64,000 nt of DNA from an uncultured Acidobacteriota bacterium (GCA_963770895.1 CAVYRF010000001.1:800001-864000); one strand, 5' to 3'; positions 38,301-48,131 are shown, counted from the stretch's first letter. Notes: generated from the letters alone by a model not told the origin. Numbers and translations are program-made.

Positions 38301-40777
38301 AGGCCGCCGCCGCCGGCACCACCGCCGCCAACACCGCCACGGCTTCCGGCGGCGGTGACCCGTCCTGTCCGGCGGCGGCGCACTGCACGTCCACCAACAA
38401 CACGCCGGTCGGGGCGCCGCAGCTGACGCTGGTCAAGAGCGCGAGCGACACCAGCTTCGTCGTCGGCGTGGCAGCCAGCTACACCCTGACGGTCACCAAC
38501 ACCGGCACCGCGGCGACGACCGCGCCGGCGACCGTCGCCGACAACGTCCCCGGCCTGCTGACCGTGGGGACCTTGCCCGCGGGCTGCACCGGCAGCGGCC
38601 AGGCCGTCTCCTGCACCGTGCCAGCCGGCCTGGCGACGGGACAGGTGGTGAGCTTCGTGATTCCGGTGACGCCGCAGGCCGGCGCCGACGGCACCACCGC
38701 CGCCAACACCGCGACGGCCTCGGGCGGCGGCGACCCGTCCTGTCCTGGCGCGACCCACTGCACCAGCACGGTCGACACGCCGGTCCATGCGCCGCACCTG
38801 AGCCTGGTCAAGACCGCCAGCGACGCCAGCTTCGTCGTCGGCGTGCCGGCCAGCTACACCCTGACCGTCACCAACACCGGCACCGCGGCGACGACCGCGC
38901 CGGTGCTGGTCAGCGACAACGTTCCCGGCCTGTTGACCGTGGGGACCTTGCCGGCGGGCTGCACCGGCAGCGGCCAGGCCGTCGTCTGCACCATACCCGC
39001 CGGCCTGGCGGCGGGGCAGGTGATCAGCTTCGTCATCCCGGTGACGCCGCTGCCGGCAGCCTCGGGCACCAGCGCCGCCAACACCGCGACGGCCTCGGGC
39101 GGCGGCGATCCGGCGTGCCCGGCCGCCGCTCCTTGCACGTCGACCGTCACGACGCCGGTGGAAGCGCCGCAGCTGACGCTGGTCAAGGCTCCCAGCGCGG
39201 CCAGCTTCGTCGTCGGCGTGCCGGCAAGCTACACCTTGACCCTGACCAATACCGGCACCGCGGCGACGACGGCGGCGGCGACGGTCGTCGACAACGTCCC
39301 CGGCGTGCTCGCCGTCGGCACGCCGCCCGCGGGCTGCGTCGCCAGCGGCCAGACCGTCACCTGCACGGTTGCCGCCGGCCTGGCGACGGGGCAGGGGGCG
39401 AGCTTCGTCATCCCGGTGACGCCGCTCGCCGATGCCAGCGGCACCACCGCCAGCAATACGGCGACGGCCTCGGGCGGCGGCGACCCGTCCTGTCCCGCGG
39501 CGGCGCAGTGCAGCAGCACCGTGACGACGCCGGTCGACGCGCCGCAGCTGACGCTGGTCAAGACGGCCAGCGCCGCCAGCTTCGTCATCGGCGTGCCGGC
39601 CAGCTACACCCTGACCGTGACCAATACCGGCACCGCGGCGACGACGGCGGAGGCCACCGTCACCGACGCCGTGCCGGCGGTGTTCGCCCTGGGCTCCTCC
39701 CTGCCCGCCGCTTGCACGGCGACCGGCCAGAACGTCACCTGCGCCATCGCGGGCGGTCTGGCCGCCGGTCAGAGCGTCAGCTTCGTGATTCCGGTGACGC
39801 CCCTGGCGGGCGCCGCCGGCAGCACCATCACCAACACCGCCACGGTCTCGGGCGGCGGCGATCCCAGCTGCCCGGCGGCGGCGCACTGCACCAGCACCGT
39901 CGGCAGCCCTGTCGGCGCGCCGCAGCTCCTGGTGACCAAGACCGCCAGCGCGGCAAGCTTCAGCATGGGTATGCCGGCCACCTACACCATCACGGTCACC
40001 GACACCGGCTCGGCGGCGACGACGGCGGCGGCGACGGTGACCGACAACGTGCCTTCCAACCTGGCGTTGGGCGCCATGCCCACCGGCTGCACGGCTTCAG
40101 GTCAGCTGGTCACCTGCACCGTGGCGGCGGGCCTCGCGGCCGGCCAGTCGCAGAGCTTCGTCCTGCCGGTCACGCCGGCCGCCGCCGCCAGCGGCGCCGT
40201 GGTCACCAACACGGCGACCGTGTCGGGCGGCGGCGACCCCACCTGTCCGGCGGCGGCACACTGCGCCGGCACGATCGCGGTTCCGGTCAACGCGCCGGAG
40301 CTCAGCCTGGCCAAGACCGCCAGCGTCACCAGCTTCACCCTCGGCGTTCCCGCCAGCTACACCCTGACCGTCACCAACAACGGTACTCTGGCGACCACCG
40401 CGGCCGCCACCGTCACCGACAACGTGCCCCAGGGCCTGGCGGTCGGCGCCCTGCCGGCCGGCTGTGTCGCATCCGGCCAGACCGTCACCTGCACCGTCGC
40501 GGCCGGCCTCGGCCTGGGCCAGGCCGTCAGCTTCGTCATTCCGGTGACGCTGCAGATGTCCACCGCCGCCGCGCTCAGCAACACCGCGACGCTCGCCGGC
40601 GGCGGCGACAGCACCTGCCCGATGGCGGCACGCTGCGCCGCGACCGTCGTCGTGCCCGCGGCCGCCGGCATTCCGACCCTCTCCACATGGGGTCTGGCGG
40701 CGCTGGCGCTGCTGCTGGCCGGGGTCGGCGCGGGCATGTTGCGGCTGCGGCGGCACCACCGCGGAGACCCGGCTTGA
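35306..40777 (+). CDS. Large surface adhesin: 11 DUF11/CnaB-like repeats and an IPTL-CTERM sorting signal
   Basis: TTG start after AAGGAG (ATG at 35276 also possible), signal peptide, repeats L.KS..F.VG..SYTL.VTNTG, C-terminal IPTLSTWGL + TM + RR. Confidence 0.88.
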   Translation: MRSSWSKSVRVFLGGESNPSRRSHRASRRVRVGVSAFCVIGAWAVAGPASAQIQRVIVNPSFEDRLLPPAPVSLMPLPHNNFVEVDESWVPGWLTTAPVVNGGCPAPMANCRPIEMWSTPFLGITAPDGIVTAELNAYNFGMLYQTVCMTSGETLVWSFDHHGRAGTDTAAFRLGIPTGLPAGSKPPDTYSFPIAQAATPNNGTVGTVTNLDPTHGTVNAPVVVTNGWTKYSGTYTFPGASGLANLGFVAIAAAGGNIAVGNELDAIVIQLSPYVEFSASNFAIDNNATNVAPTVTIAGSVPAGGVAITVDVTGGTAVLGTDYVLGVGGDPRLSAISSTANSVTFTIPAGFYSSAEGGNVFTIPLEAIASQAQLSTLTFAVVPGGAQYTVASTVTCGAPALGTTALTITETPQIGLVKSASSTGFVVGVPASYTLTVTNTGTVTTTPAAATVTDTVPALLTLGPMPAGCTSAGQTVTCTVPAGLAAGQLVSFVIPVTPQAGANGTTLTNTAVVAGGGDPNCPAGAECTGAVSTPVAAPQLTLVKSAGAPSFVVGVPASYTLQVTNTGTATTTAAATVTDVVPTVLTPGTMPAGCAAAGQTVTCTVPAGLAAGQLVSFVIPVTPLGAAGGTNVTNSATVNGGGDPSCPAAAHCAGTVQTAVAEPQLTLQKSTGAPAFVLGVPASYTLAISNTGTAATTAPATITDNVPAQLALGTLPAGCQAVSQTVTCTVPAGLAPGQLVSFVLPVTPLAAGAGTTATNTATAAGGGDPSCPAATRCAATVTTPIEAPQLTLLKSPSDGSFVVGVAASYTLVVTNTGTSPTTAAATITDNVPALLTVGAPPAGCVASGQTVTCTVAAGLAAGRAVSFVIPVTPQPAAAGTTAANTATASGGGDPSCPAADHCTSTVDTPVDAPQLTVVKSPSSSSFVVDVPASYTLTVTNTGTAATTAAATIVDNVPALLTVGAAPAGCTASGQTVTCTVPAGLATGQVVSFVIPVTPQAAAAGTTAANTATASGGGDPSCPAAAHCTSTNNTPVGAPQLTLVKSASDTSFVVGVAASYTLTVTNTGTAATTAPATVADNVPGLLTVGTLPAGCTGSGQAVSCTVPAGLATGQVVSFVIPVTPQAGADGTTAANTATASGGGDPSCPGATHCTSTVDTPVHAPHLSLVKTASDASFVVGVPASYTLTVTNTGTAATTAPVLVSDNVPGLLTVGTLPAGCTGSGQAVVCTIPAGLAAGQVISFVIPVTPLPAASGTSAANTATASGGGDPACPAAAPCTSTVTTPVEAPQLTLVKAPSAASFVVGVPASYTLTLTNTGTAATTAAATVVDNVPGVLAVGTPPAGCVASGQTVTCTVAAGLATGQGASFVIPVTPLADASGTTASNTATASGGGDPSCPAAAQCSSTVTTPVDAPQLTLVKTASAASFVIGVPASYTLTVTNTGTAATTAEATVTDAVPAVFALGSSLPAACTATGQNVTCAIAGGLAAGQSVSFVIPVTPLAGAAGSTITNTATVSGGGDPSCPAAAHCTSTVGSPVGAPQLLVTKTASAASFSMGMPATYTITVTDTGSAATTAAATVTDNVPSNLALGAMPTGCTASGQLVTCTVAAGLAAGQSQSFVLPVTPAAAASGAVVTNTATVSGGGDPTCPAAAHCAGTIAVPVNAPELSLAKTASVTSFTLGVPASYTLTVTNNGTLATTAAATVTDNVPQGLAVGALPAGCVASGQTVTCTVAAGLGLGQAVSFVIPVTLQMSTAAALSNTATLAGGGDSTCPMAARCAATVVVPAAAGIPTLSTWGLAALALLLAGVGAGMLRLRRHHRGDPA
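36540..40660 (+). repeat. 11 tandem ~375-bp (125-aa) coding repeats
   Basis: Unit starts PQ/PH/PE-L.LVK[S/T] recur every ~375 bp. Confidence 0.9.
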
Positions 40778-40877
40778 CAGCACCGCGGTAGCGGCCCGGC
40801 CTGTGCGCATCACGCCAGGGAACCGGCCTGCGCGCGGCCCGCGGCTGGCGGCGCGCAGGCCGGGCGTGTCGCGCCGG

Positions 40878-42965
40878 CTATCGTTTGGGCGGCCCGGAGA
40901 TGCCGAGCGAGGCGCGCAGCGCCTGGACGTCCATGATCTTGCCGTCGCGCATCACCAGTTGGACCTGCCGCAGGTCGCCGATGTTGCGCGACGGATCGCC
41001 GTCGATCAGCGCCAGCTCCGCCAGCTTCCCCTTGGCCAGCGAACCCGTCCGATCGGCCAGGTGATACGCGATCGCCGGATTGATCGTCACCGTCGCCAGC
41101 GCGTCGGCCGGCGACAGCCCCGCCTGGACGTACAGCTCCAGCTCGCGGATCAGGTCGAAGCCCACTCCGTCCGTGCCGCCCAGGATGGCGATATGTCGCT
41201 TGTTGAGCTCGGCGACCAGCGCCTTCAGCTGGTCGAAGCTGGCGCGCATCTGGGTGCGGGACAGCTCGGGCGTCGGCGCCAGCGCACCCGACAGGAAGCC
41301 GCGCGCGAACTGCGCCGGCAGCGTTTCGACGTAGGGCAGCTCGGCCGGTGGATAGGTGCCGGGCTCGGGCACGTAGAGCGCCTCGAAGACGACCAGCGTC
41401 GGATCCACCGCGACGTGGCGGCGCGCCAGCTCGTCCAGGTAGGCCGTCATCGCCGTGGAGTGCAGGTCGACGCCGGCGGCGAATTTGCCGGTGCCGACAA
41501 AGCGGTTCATGCCGTTCGAGCTGGCCACCACGTCGTCCGGCATCCCCTGCATCATCACGAAGTTGATGTGGGTGATCTCGTCGTAGCCCGCGCGCACCGC
41601 GTCCAGCGGCCGCATGCCGTGGGGGATATGGCCGTGCACGCGCAGGCCCAGCTGGTGCGCCAGGTCGGCCATCGGCTTCACCCAGGAGGGATCGAGCGAG
41701 CCGTACAGCTTGATCGCAAAATAGCCTTCCTGCTTGGCGCGACGCACGTCGGCAAGCGCTTCATCCAGCGAGTGCGCCACGACCCCCACCTGCGCCGCCA
41801 GCGGCCCCGGTCCGTCGATCAGCAAGGACGGCACGATGCGCGGACCCAAGAGCTCGCCGGCCTCGATGCGCTTCCGGCGCGCCGTCGACTCGGCGAGCTG
41901 GTTGCCGGGATCGCGCACGCTGGTGATGCCGGTCGCCAGCAGCAGCGGCCCGGTGGAATCGTCGCCGTAATGCTGATGGTTGTCCCACATCCCGGGGACC
42001 AGCGTCTTGCCCGTCCCGTCGATCACCTGCGCGTTCGCCGGCGCCTTCACCGTCGCCGCCGGGCCCACCTGGGCGATGCGGCCGTGTTCCACCACCACCG
42101 TCATGGCGTCGGCGAAGGCCCGCGCATCGGCGTCGTACAGCTTGACGTTGCGGAACACCACGGCTCCGGCGGGAGCCTTGGCGGCCCTGGCGGCCAGCGC
42201 CGGCGCCAGCTTGGCCAGCGCCTCGTCCTGGGCGTTGCTCAGCGCCAGCGCGGTCTTCTCCCAGCCCGCGGGCAGGACGGTGGGCGCCGTGCCGAAGAAC
42301 TGGTCGCCGTCCATCCACACCGCGAACGGCGACAGCCCGAAGCCGTTGATGGCGTAGGCGGTCAGCGACTTTTTCTCGCTGCCGTTGGACACCGTGAGGG
42401 TGGTCAGCGGCGCGATCGTTCCCTGGCCGGAAGGGAGCAGGTCGACGGCATGGGTCGGCGACTTGAGCAGCGCGTCGATGATAAAGATAAACGAGTCAAA
42501 CGTGCCGCCAAAGGCAACGTATTCGAGATTGGGCCTGCTCTTGCCGGAGCCGTGATCGACCTGGCTGGTCCAGGTATAGGTGCCGTCCTTGACCTGGTAG
42601 CTTTCGGCCGCATCGCCCTGCGGCGTCGTGCCGCGAACGACCATCGATTCGAGCGACCCGTCGGCCGCGAAGCGGTTCTGCTCATCGACCTCGCTGACAA
42701 AGCCCCGCAGGTTCAGGCTGAAGCGCGACCAATGGGTGCCGCCCGCATCCGTCCACAGCGAGATCTGGCCATGGCGCTCGGTGCCGCCGTTGGTGGTGAT
42801 CGTCCACACCTTGGCATCGGCGGGCGGCTGTGCCAGCTGGTCGACCGGTGTCTGTGCCAAAGCGGGCGTGGCGATGAGCGCGGCGATTGGAGCCAGCGAA
42901 GCCAGCGGAGCCAGCGCGGCGATCGCCGCGATCGCCGCCAGGAAAGCGCGAAGTCTGCGGAGCAT
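40878..42965 (-). CDS. Secreted amidohydrolase family protein
   Basis: Signal peptide; IDGTGKTLVPGMWDNHQH, GITSVRDPG, GGTD, TINPA, GSLAKGKLAELALIDGDP. Confidence 0.88.
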   Translation of the reverse strand: MLRRLRAFLAAIAAIAALAPLASLAPIAALIATPALAQTPVDQLAQPPADAKVWTITTNGGTERHGQISLWTDAGGTHWSRFSLNLRGFVSEVDEQNRFAADGSLESMVVRGTTPQGDAAESYQVKDGTYTWTSQVDHGSGKSRPNLEYVAFGGTFDSFIFIIDALLKSPTHAVDLLPSGQGTIAPLTTLTVSNGSEKKSLTAYAINGFGLSPFAVWMDGDQFFGTAPTVLPAGWEKTALALSNAQDEALAKLAPALAARAAKAPAGAVVFRNVKLYDADARAFADAMTVVVEHGRIAQVGPAATVKAPANAQVIDGTGKTLVPGMWDNHQHYGDDSTGPLLLATGITSVRDPGNQLAESTARRKRIEAGELLGPRIVPSLLIDGPGPLAAQVGVVAHSLDEALADVRRAKQEGYFAIKLYGSLDPSWVKPMADLAHQLGLRVHGHIPHGMRPLDAVRAGYDEITHINFVMMQGMPDDVVASSNGMNRFVGTGKFAAGVDLHSTAMTAYLDELARRHVAVDPTLVVFEALYVPEPGTYPPAELPYVETLPAQFARGFLSGALAPTPELSRTQMRASFDQLKALVAELNKRHIAILGGTDGVGFDLIRELELYVQAGLSPADALATVTINPAIAYHLADRTGSLAKGKLAELALIDGDPSRNIGDLRQVQLVMRDGKIMDVQALRASLGISGPPKR

Positions 42966-43146
42966 GGTCTGTTCCCTCTCGGTAAGCCGCCTGGAGCGGA
43001 CCGTCGGTCAAGGCGGCGGGTGGCCCGCCGCCTCTGCTCTGTGCCATACGCAGCCGAGGTGCGCACTGTTTCAGGGCCACGTCCTTACCGACAGGGCCAG
43101 GCCGGGCGTGCCGGCGTGGGGCGCTCGGCCGTGCGGCGACCGGCGG

Positions 43147-44169
43147 CTACCGGGGACACTCCTGGACCCAGAACCGATCTTCCAGGTCCAGCAGCTCGAA
43201 ATAGGCCCGCACGTGTTGATAGCCCAGTTGGGCGAAGAACCTGTCCAGCGTCGTGGCATTCGGCGGCAGGTCCAGGTCGGGCTTTGGCGGTCGCCGGGGA
43301 AGCGCCTGGCCGGTTTCGATCTGGGAATAGGGTCCGCCTGTTTGCGACAAAACCTTACGGATATTTACATACGTGTCCACGGCGCCGTCCGCTGTGATCA
43401 GCGGCTCATAAAGCTTCCGAATCGACTCCAGGTCGGCAAGGTTCCAATGCAGCGGCACGACGTCCAAGGGGTTGTACAGGCGCGTGATCTGCGATCCGAT
43501 CTGACTGTTGGAGTAGGCGGCAAAGTCCGGGTTGCCGACCGTGGGGCCGGCGATCGCCAGCACGGACAGGGAGGCCTGGCGTCGCGGATCCCACTCCGCT
43601 CGAGTATCCTCCAGCCAAAGGGCCAGCGTGGCCGCCAGAGCCCCACCCAGGCTGTGGCCGCACACATGGACGGTGATCGACCTGATGGCCGCCTCCGCTT
43701 GCAGTTTGGCTCGCAGCGTCCCCTCGACAAGTCCAGTCACACCGGCCGGCACCAAGGTCTGCAGCGCCGTGAGCGCGTGCCGCGTTCCCTTCGCGATCTT
43801 GCGGCTGTCCGAGGGGGAGTCGCTCCAGGGAACCTGCGTGCCGACGTCCGCATCCTCCAGGATATTCTCGCCGGACCCGAAGTTCGTGCCGGCGATCGCG
43901 ATCACGAACTGGCTGCCGCGCTGGGCCACGAACATCACGTGGTCGGGAACGTGTACAAACGGCTTCTGGTCGATGGCCGGACCCCAGGTTATGGACCACC
44001 GTCCGAACTCGCCGTCCTCCGCGCTCAGCCGCGCCAACCGCGCCTCGATCTCATCCTTCAATTTCTTTTCGGCGAAGAGTCCGATCTGGCCCGCGAAGCA
44101 GGCGCCAAGATTGGGCAGCATGGCCAACGTAAAGAGAGTCTGCAGCTCTTTGTCCGTCGGGTCTGGCAC
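43147..44169 (-). CDS. Lipase class 3 family protein
   Basis: VIAIAGTN, VCGHSLGGALA, AGPTVGN, NPLDVVP; GTG start after AAGGAG. Confidence 0.85.
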   Translation of the reverse strand: MPDPTDKELQTLFTLAMLPNLGACFAGQIGLFAEKKLKDEIEARLARLSAEDGEFGRWSITWGPAIDQKPFVHVPDHVMFVAQRGSQFVIAIAGTNFGSGENILEDADVGTQVPWSDSPSDSRKIAKGTRHALTALQTLVPAGVTGLVEGTLRAKLQAEAAIRSITVHVCGHSLGGALAATLALWLEDTRAEWDPRRQASLSVLAIAGPTVGNPDFAAYSNSQIGSQITRLYNPLDVVPLHWNLADLESIRKLYEPLITADGAVDTYVNIRKVLSQTGGPYSQIETGQALPRRPPKPDLDLPPNATTLDRFFAQLGYQHVRAYFELLDLEDRFWVQECPR

Positions 44170-44329
44170 GATTCGATCTCCTTGCTCGGTCGGCGTCGTC
44201 CACAAAGTTAGTTGAAAAACATTTAATATCGCTGATGCTAACCATCGGTGCCGACGCACGCAAGCCTATGCATCCATTGACATATCGCCGTGCCGGGACA
44301 ATGACCGCCGCGGTCACCGCGCCCGGCGC

Positions 44330-44358
44330 TTGACAGCAGCTCCGAGCGCGCTCATTCT
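44330..44358 (+). promoter_or_regulatory. Putative sigma70 promoter
   Basis: TTGACA-N17-CATTCT upstream of AAGGAGG and ATG 44381. Confidence 0.55.
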
Positions 44359-44380
44359 TGCTCAACTCAAGGAGGACGCG

Positions 44381-44725
44381 ATGACTTTCAGAGTGCAAGT
44401 CCTGCTGGCCCTGACGATCCTTCTGCTCTCCGCCTGCCTGGCCCTTGCCGCCGCCGACGCTCCGGCCGGCCGGCAAGCCCCTGCCGCCGCCGTCGTGCAA
44501 CCGTTTGCGGCGCCTGCGACCGCGGCTCCGGTCTGCCCGCTGGCGGCCCTCCCGACGTTCCTGTCCCAGCGGCAGCCCGCTGCGGTCGGAGTGTGCGGGG
44601 GGTGCAGCGACAGCGCGTGCGCCGGCAAGGAGGAGCACTCCGTATGCGGCTCGGGTCTGCGCTGCATCCCGCAGGGCACGTGCGGCGCCTCCACCGTGGC
44701 GCTCTGCAACTGCCTGATCATCTAG
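44381..44725 (+). CDS. Secreted prepro-type Cys-rich small protein
   Basis: Signal peptide, Ala/Pro pro-region, C-terminal domain with 8 Cys. Confidence 0.75.
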   Translation: MTFRVQVLLALTILLLSACLALAAADAPAGRQAPAAAVVQPFAAPATAAPVCPLAALPTFLSQRQPAAVGVCGGCSDSACAGKEEHSVCGSGLRCIPQGTCGASTVALCNCLII

Positions 44726-44769
44726 TGGCCACAGCATCAAAAAGGTTTCCGTAGGTCGTACGCAAGGCT

Positions 44770-44809
44770 GCCGGATTGGAGTGGCGCGGCGCGGCCACTC
44801 CAATCCGGC
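44770..44809. terminator. Perfect 15-bp inverted repeat hairpin
   Basis: GCCGGATTGGAGTGG / CCACTCCAATCCGGC with a 10-nt loop. Confidence 0.6.
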
Positions 44810-45026
44810 CCGGGCGGCAAGCGCGGGTACGCCGGCGGTGCCTGATCCGGACAGCCGGCCGGCCGGATCGCCAGACCGGGCGGGCGCCGCTTCAGCTGCT
44901 GCGGAACCACCGTTGTCCACGGTTTGCTCACCGAAGGCACCTCGCAATGCAGAGTCGAATTGTAACTTGCGTCCGCGGCCGAGCCTCATGTCGAGGCTGC
45001 CAGCCCGACGCCTGAAAGGAGCTGCC

Positions 45027-45236
45027 ATGAAGCGCCACAAGGTCACGAAGCTGCAGCTGAACCGTGAGACCCTGCACCACCTGGGCGATGCCCTCGCGGT
45101 CGTGGCGGGTGGGGCCGTCGTGCCGATCAGCGCCAACGGCACCTGCAGCAACGCGATCTCCATCTGTCTGTCCTGCACCACGCCGCTCGACACCTGTCCG
45201 CCGCAGCCCACGACCCCGGCCACCACCTGCGCGTAG
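45027..45236 (+). CDS. Lanthipeptide-like RiPP precursor (orphan)
   Basis: AAAGGAG RBS; leader MKRHKVTKLQLNRETLHHL...VAGG; Ser/Thr-rich core with 5 Cys. Confidence 0.78.
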   Translation: MKRHKVTKLQLNRETLHHLGDALAVVAGGAVVPISANGTCSNAISICLSCTTPLDTCPPQPTTPATTCA

Positions 45237-45398
45237 CGCAGGTCGACAGGTCAGGCCGGCTGCCGCCCAGCATGAGCGCCTTGGGACAGCCGGCTCCTCG
45301 CTCTGGCCGCACGTGGGTTCACGACCGATGACGGCGCTGCCCCCGCCCAGGCAGGAGTAGCCCTGCTCCCGATCGCCATGCTGCGGCCGGCGCCGGCT

Positions 45399-48131
45399 TC
45401 AGCGCCGCCGGTGCCGCGGGTGGCGCCGCAGACGGACCAGCGCGAGCGACGACAGCAGGATGGCCAGCAGCGCCAGCGCGGCGGCGGAGAGGGCCGGCAC
45501 CTCGGGATAAAACGATGCATGGAAGGTGGCGCACGCCGTGGCGGAATTGTTGAACGGATCGGGATCCACGCCCGGTGCAGGCGAAACCTGCGCGGTGTTG
45601 CAGACGCTGCCGCTGAAGGCGGCGGAAACCGTGGCGGTCGCCAGGTAGGTCGCGCTCGTCTGGGGCGCCAGGCTGACCAGATCGGCAAGGTCTCCGGTCG
45701 TCGCGGGTGTGCAGCCCGCGCCGCGGCACCATAGCCATGCGATGCCGGCAGGGAAGGTGTCGGAGACCGGGACATTGGCGGGGCAGCTGGGGCCCAGGTT
45801 GGTGGCGAGCACGGTATAGACCAGGGTGTGGGGGTCGGCCTTGTGCTGGGCGGCCGGCGTCACGACGACGGTCTTGGTGATCCGGTAGTCGGCCTGCACC
45901 TCGATCTGGGTTGCGCGGCCCGAGCTGTTGTTGCCGGCCACGGGATCGCAGGTCGGGCTCTGGACGCTGCCGGCGCTCGCCGTCGGGCCTGCGGCGAAGC
46001 CGCAGGGCACCGCGGCTGAAAGTGCCACCAGGGAGCTTGCGCCGGCGGCGAGCCGGCCCAGGTGGCAGCGCAACGTCGTGCCGGTCGTGGTGCAGGAAGT
46101 GGGAACGGCGACCGCGGACAATCCCGGCGGCAACGCCGCGGACAGTTCGACGTCCGCGGCGGCGCAGGGGCCGCGATTGATCACCCGCATTGGATAGAGG
46201 ATCGTCGTGCCCGCCGCCGCGGCAGCGGGCGCCAGATCGCGCGTCTCCAGATCAGCGCAGCTGGGAGCCACCGGCACACTGCTGCCGGCACAGCGGGAGA
46301 CGCCGTCGGGGCCGGCGGCGCAAGCGGTGTTGGAGATCGCCTGGGCGCCGCACGGGACGGTCCCGCTCACCTGATAGGTCGCCGCGCCCCCTGGGGGGAC
46401 GCTCGTCACGTCGTCGATCTGTGCCGCAGCCAGGAGACCTGTGCAGCCCGCGCCGCGGCACCAGGCGGTGGCGGTCAGGCCGCCCGCCGTCAGAGCGTCC
46501 GTGAGCTTGACCGAGACGCCGGTCAGGGCATGGTTGGTGACCACGATGGTGAAGCCGAGAGAGCCGGCGGGTTGGGCGATCGCCGTGTCGGCCGTCTTCG
46601 CGACCTCAACCGCACAGCTCGCGATCGGTGCGTCGGCCGCGGCCTGATTGTTCGCCAGCTGCGGATCGGTGACGCCTGCCGGGGGAGCAACGGAGACGCT
46701 GTCGTGAAGCACCCCGGTCGCCGCCGGGTCGAGCCGTGCGCTCACCCGGTAGGTGACGCTGCCGCCGACGGGGAGATCCACCTGGTCCGTGATGTGATCG
46801 GTGACGCCGGCGCTCGCCGGCGTGCAGCGAGCGCCGTGGGAAGGCGTGCAGGTCCAGGTCAGGTCCTGGAGAGACGGCGCGAAGGCGTCCGTGACCACCG
46901 CGCCGCTGGCCGGCCCCGGGCCGCTGTTGGTCACGGTAATGCTGTAGCGCACCAACGCGCAGGCGCTGGCTTCCGGCGAGGCCTGGACGATCCGCGCCGC
47001 CAGGTTCGCGGTCTGCGGCGGGGCAGGCGTGTAGCGCTGGTTGACCGCCAGCGCCTGGCAGTGGCATTGGATCGCGCCGCCGAGCACGTACACGGTCGGA
47101 TCCTGCGTACTGATCGTGTCCACCAACGCGGCCGGCGCCTGGTCGCGCGGCGTCGGCATCGGTGCGAGCGAGGTCCAGGTGTTCAGGCTGGGCGTATAGG
47201 CGAACGTCGGGCCTTGCGCACCGGCTCCCGGAATGAATCCGCCAAAGGCGTAGACCTGGCCGTTGGCGCTGCCGGCGGCGGCGGACAGCTGCAGTGCGAT
47301 CGGCAGCGGCGCCACGGCGGCCCAGGTGTCGGCCACGGGGTCGTAGACTTCGACGACGGCGGTCTGCGAGTTGCCGCAGCAGTCCGGCGAACCTCCCATG
47401 GCGTAGATCTTCCCGCCCACCGCGGCGGCGGCAAGGTAGACCCGCGCGGTCGGCATCGGCGCCCGCGGCGTCCAGGTATCCGTGGCGGGGTCGTACATCT
47501 CGACGGCGTTGCTGGGTCCGCTGCCGCCGATGGCGTAGATCTTCTGGTTCAGGGCGACCGCCGCCAGGCCGTAGCGCGGTGTCGGCATGGGCTGGCGCAA
47601 GCTCCAGACGTCGGTCAGCGGGTCGTACTGCTGCACGACGTTGCCGCTCAAGACGCCGCCCAGGGTGTAGATCATGCCGTTGCCCGGCGCCACCGCGGCG
47701 GCGCCGAACAGGATGACGGGCATCGGCTGCCGCGCGCTCCAGCTGTTCGCCACCGGGTCGTAGACCTCGACGCGCGTCGGTTCGAAGGTGGACGTCTGCA
47801 AGGGCGGCTCGAAACAGGCGGAGCCGCAGCCTCCCAGGGTGTAGATCTTGCCCCCTTCGGCGGCGGCGGCAAGCAGGCGGCGCGGCGTCGGCATCGGGCA
47901 CTCCGCCTGCCAGGCGCCCGGCACCGGAGTCGCCGGCGCGCCGCAGAGCGCGGCCGAGCCGGTCGCCGCCGCGGCAGCGTGGGCTGGAGCGGCAGATGCA
48001 GCGTCCAACGCCGCCGGAGCGCCGCCGAACGCCGCCAGCTGGAACAGCACGACCAGCGGCGCCGCGAGCCGCGCGGTGGCGCTCTTCGCCGCGCATCGTG
48101 CTCTGGCGTGGCTCCGCAACGGCACTCTCAT
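45399..48131 (-). CDS. Kelch-repeat plus DUF11 surface protein with IPTL-CTERM-like (VPALS) tail
   Basis: Six MPTPR..KIY..GG..YDP..W Kelch units; DUF11 repeats; EVPALSAAALALLAILL..RLRR. Confidence 0.85.
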   Translation of the reverse strand: MRVPLRSHARARCAAKSATARLAAPLVVLFQLAAFGGAPAALDAASAAPAHAAAAATGSAALCGAPATPVPGAWQAECPMPTPRRLLAAAAEGGKIYTLGGCGSACFEPPLQTSTFEPTRVEVYDPVANSWSARQPMPVILFGAAAVAPGNGMIYTLGGVLSGNVVQQYDPLTDVWSLRQPMPTPRYGLAAVALNQKIYAIGGSGPSNAVEMYDPATDTWTPRAPMPTARVYLAAAAVGGKIYAMGGSPDCCGNSQTAVVEVYDPVADTWAAVAPLPIALQLSAAAGSANGQVYAFGGFIPGAGAQGPTFAYTPSLNTWTSLAPMPTPRDQAPAALVDTISTQDPTVYVLGGAIQCHCQALAVNQRYTPAPPQTANLAARIVQASPEASACALVRYSITVTNSGPGPASGAVVTDAFAPSLQDLTWTCTPSHGARCTPASAGVTDHITDQVDLPVGGSVTYRVSARLDPAATGVLHDSVSVAPPAGVTDPQLANNQAAADAPIASCAVEVAKTADTAIAQPAGSLGFTIVVTNHALTGVSVKLTDALTAGGLTATAWCRGAGCTGLLAAAQIDDVTSVPPGGAATYQVSGTVPCGAQAISNTACAAGPDGVSRCAGSSVPVAPSCADLETRDLAPAAAAAGTTILYPMRVINRGPCAAADVELSAALPPGLSAVAVPTSCTTTGTTLRCHLGRLAAGASSLVALSAAVPCGFAAGPTASAGSVQSPTCDPVAGNNSSGRATQIEVQADYRITKTVVVTPAAQHKADPHTLVYTVLATNLGPSCPANVPVSDTFPAGIAWLWCRGAGCTPATTGDLADLVSLAPQTSATYLATATVSAAFSGSVCNTAQVSPAPGVDPDPFNNSATACATFHASFYPEVPALSAAALALLAILLSSLALVRLRRHPRHRRR

